NCBI GenBank assembly: GCA_045646345.1
Contig: JAZRKN010000001.1
Coordinates: 64,001-128,000 of the forward strand
Source: Candidatus Scatovivens sp.
Lineage (GTDB): Bacteria > Bacillota > Clostridia > TANB77 > CAG-508
Reading direction: 5' to 3'
DNA length: 64,000 nucleotides
Below, piece by piece: positions 60,628-64,000 of this stretch (position 1 is the stretch's first letter; each line of letters opens with the position of its first letter). A program made the translations under genes and the position numbers. The notes under the pieces are model-generated. The model made no database searches, was not told the origin of the DNA, and saw only the letters and a list, made by a program, of their open reading frames with translations.

Positions 60628-62517
60628 CTACATCCCTACTTTCTCATTTAAATCAATTTTATAAACGATATATTTAATATTTTCATGTAATACTTCATAA
60701 CCATAATTTGTTAAAGGATCATCTTTTTCGATTGATGTCTTTGGTAAAATTATATAATTACATTTTCTTTTTGTTGCAAAATCATGTATTTTTTCTGAAA
60801 TTCCTTCTGCCGTTAATTTTACAAGTGATGTATCAGCGTACCAACCACCAACATTTCTAGTTTGTTCTAATAAAATATTCCCATCTACTTGTCTTGTGTA
60901 TACAGTAAATTCTTCTGGACCAGCAAGTTTTTTGTATTCTTCTTTATCAGTAGAAACTGCAAATATCATCTCTAAAGCCAAATCTGGAAGCTTAAAATAA
61001 TTATCTGTTCTTGAAAAATTAGCTTCTGTATATACACATTTTCCATTTATCATAATCGCAACAATACATAATGCTGCTGTAATTATTTTTTCCCATTTTT
61101 TCTCTGGCATAACCACTAACTCTGTCATCATAAAAGCAATTGCATAACCTATTGGAAGTAACCAATAAACTCTCCAATGAACTCCAGCCCCGATAAGTAA
61201 ATCCCATGCTTTAGATACAATAGGATTCAAACACAAGCAAATAATTATTATAGAAAAAACGCAAAATACAGCTCTAATATCATTTCTCTCTTTACAAGTT
61301 ACCCATATAAATATCATAGCTACTGAAAACATAACCAAATAGTGTGATGAACCACCCGCTCTTTGATAAGATTGCTCCACTAATTCTAAATTTTTTTCTT
61401 CATCTATTCCATCTATTATTAATTCTACTTTTTCAGATACTGATAATTCATCATTATTTATAGCAGAATTTTTTACAATTGGATTATCTAATCCCAAATA
61501 AACTAATCCTATTATAACACATGGTATACAGCAAATTAATAAAGCAATAATATAAGCAAATTTTTTATCTTTTATAGCATATATAATCATTAAAATTAAT
61601 GTTGTTATTACTGGTAAGATTAAAGCCATTGAAGATAACGCAATTGATCCACCTAATGCTAAAAATAAAATAAACCAACCAAATTTATTATTTTCTTTTC
61701 CAATATATTCCATAAACACATACCAAATGAATGGTAATGTTAAATTAGCTAATATTGATTTTCCTTGCCAAACTCTATATAACAACCTAACAAAATTTGT
61801 ATATCTCGAATAATCTCCATATATAAAAATTACAGCTAATACATTCAAAAACACTAGAGTTTTTACTTGATCTTTTTTAAATAAAGTCATTCCAAACACA
61901 TAGTAAAATGCATATACAATCAACACAAACACTACTGGAAAGACTGTGTGTGCAATTATTGTAGGATGTGTTCCTGTTAATTCACCAATTACTGCTGTAT
62001 AATGTGGAAATTGTGATAATACTGTTCTTGTTGGGAATTCCTGATATTCATTTCCCGCATCATCATACACAAATAACGAATTTGTATCTATTGCTATTGT
62101 TGCTTTAGCAACAAAATTAGAATCGTCATAATCCACATGCATATATTTAAATGGATAATAACATTGAATCACAAGTAAAGCTAAAAAAGTAATAGTTAAA
62201 ATTTTTGGTAATTTTTTTATTTCCTCTAAATTTTGAATATATATATCTTTTACATTTTTTACATTTAGTGCAATCGAAATTCCTGATAATATCAATATCC
62301 CAACACACCAAGAATTCTTTAACAATGTAAAAGAACCTTTTAAAAATGTCATTGGAATCGATAATACTTCAAAAAGTAACAATTCAACAAACAAACCTAA
62401 AACAAGAGATAATAAAATATTCTTATTTCCTTTTTTATCAAATTTTAAAATTCCAAACCCTAATATTATTGGTATTATAAACATCCAAAAAAATGTAAAT
62501 ATAACTGTTTTAATCAT
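60628..62517 (-). CDS. Polytopic membrane protein, GT-C-like (DUF6077-like)
   Basis: DYDDSNFV acidic loop, HPTIIAH, RVWQGKS, WRVYWLLP; many TMs. Confidence 0.65.
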   Translation of the reverse strand: MIKTVIFTFFWMFIIPIILGFGILKFDKKGNKNILLSLVLGLFVELLLFEVLSIPMTFLKGSFTLLKNSWCVGILILSGISIALNVKNVKDIYIQNLEEIKKLPKILTITFLALLVIQCYYPFKYMHVDYDDSNFVAKATIAIDTNSLFVYDDAGNEYQEFPTRTVLSQFPHYTAVIGELTGTHPTIIAHTVFPVVFVLIVYAFYYVFGMTLFKKDQVKTLVFLNVLAVIFIYGDYSRYTNFVRLLYRVWQGKSILANLTLPFIWYVFMEYIGKENNKFGWFILFLALGGSIALSSMALILPVITTLILMIIYAIKDKKFAYIIALLICCIPCVIIGLVYLGLDNPIVKNSAINNDELSVSEKVELIIDGIDEEKNLELVEQSYQRAGGSSHYLVMFSVAMIFIWVTCKERNDIRAVFCVFSIIIICLCLNPIVSKAWDLLIGAGVHWRVYWLLPIGYAIAFMMTELVVMPEKKWEKIITAALCIVAIMINGKCVYTEANFSRTDNYFKLPDLALEMIFAVSTDKEEYKKLAGPEEFTVYTRQVDGNILLEQTRNVGGWYADTSLVKLTAEGISEKIHDFATKRKCNYIILPKTSIEKDDPLTNYGYEVLHENIKYIVYKIDLNEKVGM

Positions 62518-62534
62518 TCGTTTTCTCCAATCTT

Positions 62535-63614
62535 TTATTTATCAAATATAAAAATTCTTTGAACTCTGTAATTTATAAAAAATAATATCGTATCTACAAT
62601 AATTTTTATAATAACTTCTGAAACATTTGTTATTGCATATATTCCAGACACTGCTAATCCTGATATTAGCATTTGTGTTATACACAAAATATAATATTTA
62701 ATAATTGTGTTTTTAACCTTTTTATTACTCTTAAAAGCTATTTTTTTATTCAATCCAAAATTAACAAGTGAAGATATTATTCTTGCAAAAATAGTTGATA
62801 CTAATATTAATACATTAACCAATTGTATTTTTAATACATAAAAAAATACCTCAAACAATAAAATATCTATTATGCAAGAAATTATTGAAATAGCTGAATA
62901 TTTAATAAAAGAATTCAATATTTTCCAATAAATCAATACAGAATCATGTACTGGTCTAAAATGAGTCCCAGAATTATTGTCTATATATACTGTTTCAATA
63001 GGGATTTCAACTAGTTCAATTTTTTTCAAGATACATTCTATAAGCATATTTGATTCATACTCATATCTATCTCCAGTTAAATCCATAAAATTTTCCACTA
63101 GCTTAGTAGGAATTCCTCTTAAACCGGTCTGAGTATCTTTTAACCTCACTCCATACAATAATCTAAAAACATTAGAAGTTGCTTTATTTCCGAAACTACT
63201 TTTGGGCGGCACATTTTTTCCTGTAAGGTCTCTTATTCCTAGCACCAAAGAGTTCGGCTTATTTTCTAATTCTTTTGATATTTCAATAATATCTTTTACC
63301 AAATGTTGACCATCACAATCAACCGTTATAACTCCTGAAAATTCCTCTTTATTTTCTAAATCAAAAAAATATTTTAAACCATCTTTTAAAGCTTTACCTT
63401 TTCCCATATTAACTTCATGAGTTAATACTTGGCATCCTTCTTTTTTTTCAATATTTTCAAATATATCTTGACATTCTGGTTTACTACCATCATTTACAAC
63501 CACAATATTTTTGAAATTATTTTCTATTAGTAAATCTATATATCTTTCAAACTCTTTTTCAGGATTTAAAGCAGGAATCAATATTAAGATTTTTTTATCG
63601 GAATTTATCGACAT
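62535..63614 (-). CDS. Bifunctional GT2 (polyprenol-phosphate glycosyltransferase)-GtrA fusion
   Basis: VNDGS, NMGKGKALK, VDCDGQH, DTQTGLR, then a 4-TM GtrA domain. Confidence 0.9.
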   Translation of the reverse strand: MSINSDKKILILIPALNPEKEFERYIDLLIENNFKNIVVVNDGSKPECQDIFENIEKKEGCQVLTHEVNMGKGKALKDGLKYFFDLENKEEFSGVITVDCDGQHLVKDIIEISKELENKPNSLVLGIRDLTGKNVPPKSSFGNKATSNVFRLLYGVRLKDTQTGLRGIPTKLVENFMDLTGDRYEYESNMLIECILKKIELVEIPIETVYIDNNSGTHFRPVHDSVLIYWKILNSFIKYSAISIISCIIDILLFEVFFYVLKIQLVNVLILVSTIFARIISSLVNFGLNKKIAFKSNKKVKNTIIKYYILCITQMLISGLAVSGIYAITNVSEVIIKIIVDTILFFINYRVQRIFIFDK

Positions 63615-63813
63615 TGTTAATCTCCTTTAATCTTATAACAGCAAAAAAAAACGATTTAAAATATTCTTTCACACCTATTAATTTTATATTTCACATTCTA
63701 TCATTTAAGAACTTTTTTTTCAATAAAAATATTCAAATCTCATTCATTTTCAAGCCAATTTTGTATATAAAAATAAAACAAAAAACCTTTGGTTTTATCC
63801 AAAGGTTTTTATT

Positions 63814-64000
63814 TTATTTCATTAAATATTCTGGATGAGCTAGATACCAATCTATTGTTTTTACAATACCATCTTTAAACATTGTTTTTGGTTCCCAACC
63901 AAATTCTTCTTTTAATTTTGTAGGATCAATTGCATATCTATAATCATGTCCTTTTCTATCTTCAACATATGAAATTAGACTTTCTGGTTTTCCCAATCTT
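63814..64000 (-). CDS. rmlB: dTDP-glucose 4,6-dehydratase, C-terminal fragment
   Basis: LISYVEDRKGHDYRYAID..K...E.GW.P...F..GI.KTIDWY. Confidence 0.9.
   Translation of the reverse strand, partial: RLGKPESLISYVEDRKGHDYRYAIDPTKLKEEFGWEPKTMFKDGIVKTIDWYLAHPEYLMK

Noticed and set aside
1-64000. CRISPR arrays, tRNA/rRNA genes, IS elements, prophage genes, phase-variable repeat tracts
   Set aside because: No regularly spaced direct repeats, cloverleaf or rRNA-like segments, or transposase/integrase ORFs seen; A/T homopolymers are ubiquitous background and none visibly breaks a gene

Overview
Very AT-rich chromosomal segment of a spore-forming clostridial bacterium (spoVS, recA/recX, rlmN-stp-prkC; the lineage is inferred, possibly an uncultured gut group). 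Almost all genes lie on the minus strand. The left ~36 kb is housekeeping: recX, recA, spoVS, ymdB, fsa, guaA, guaB, holA, pgi, rqcH, three tandem ackA plus pta, nth, rpe, prkC, stp and rlmN. It is interrupted by several one- or two-gene inserts with different codon usage, each ending in a GC-rich hairpin. The ~950-bp ORF-poor gap at 15.3-16.2 kb holds a divergent, AU-rich OLE large ncRNA (~15428-15996, minus strand) followed by oapA. This pair sits outside the usual operon, has its own promoter, and has an apparent terminator between RNA and protein gene. The right ~28 kb is a large surface-glycan locus: partial rmlB, galE, wzm/wzt, many GT2s, GtrA/GtrB, a Wzx-type flippase, four GT-C-like membrane proteins and a 1229-aa methyltransferase/kinase-like/coiled-coil/GT2/GT2 fusion. 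An ADP-ribosyltransferase-like ORF is embedded in this locus. No rRNA, tRNA, CRISPR array, transposase or integrase was seen. All calls come from reading motifs by eye; no searches were run.
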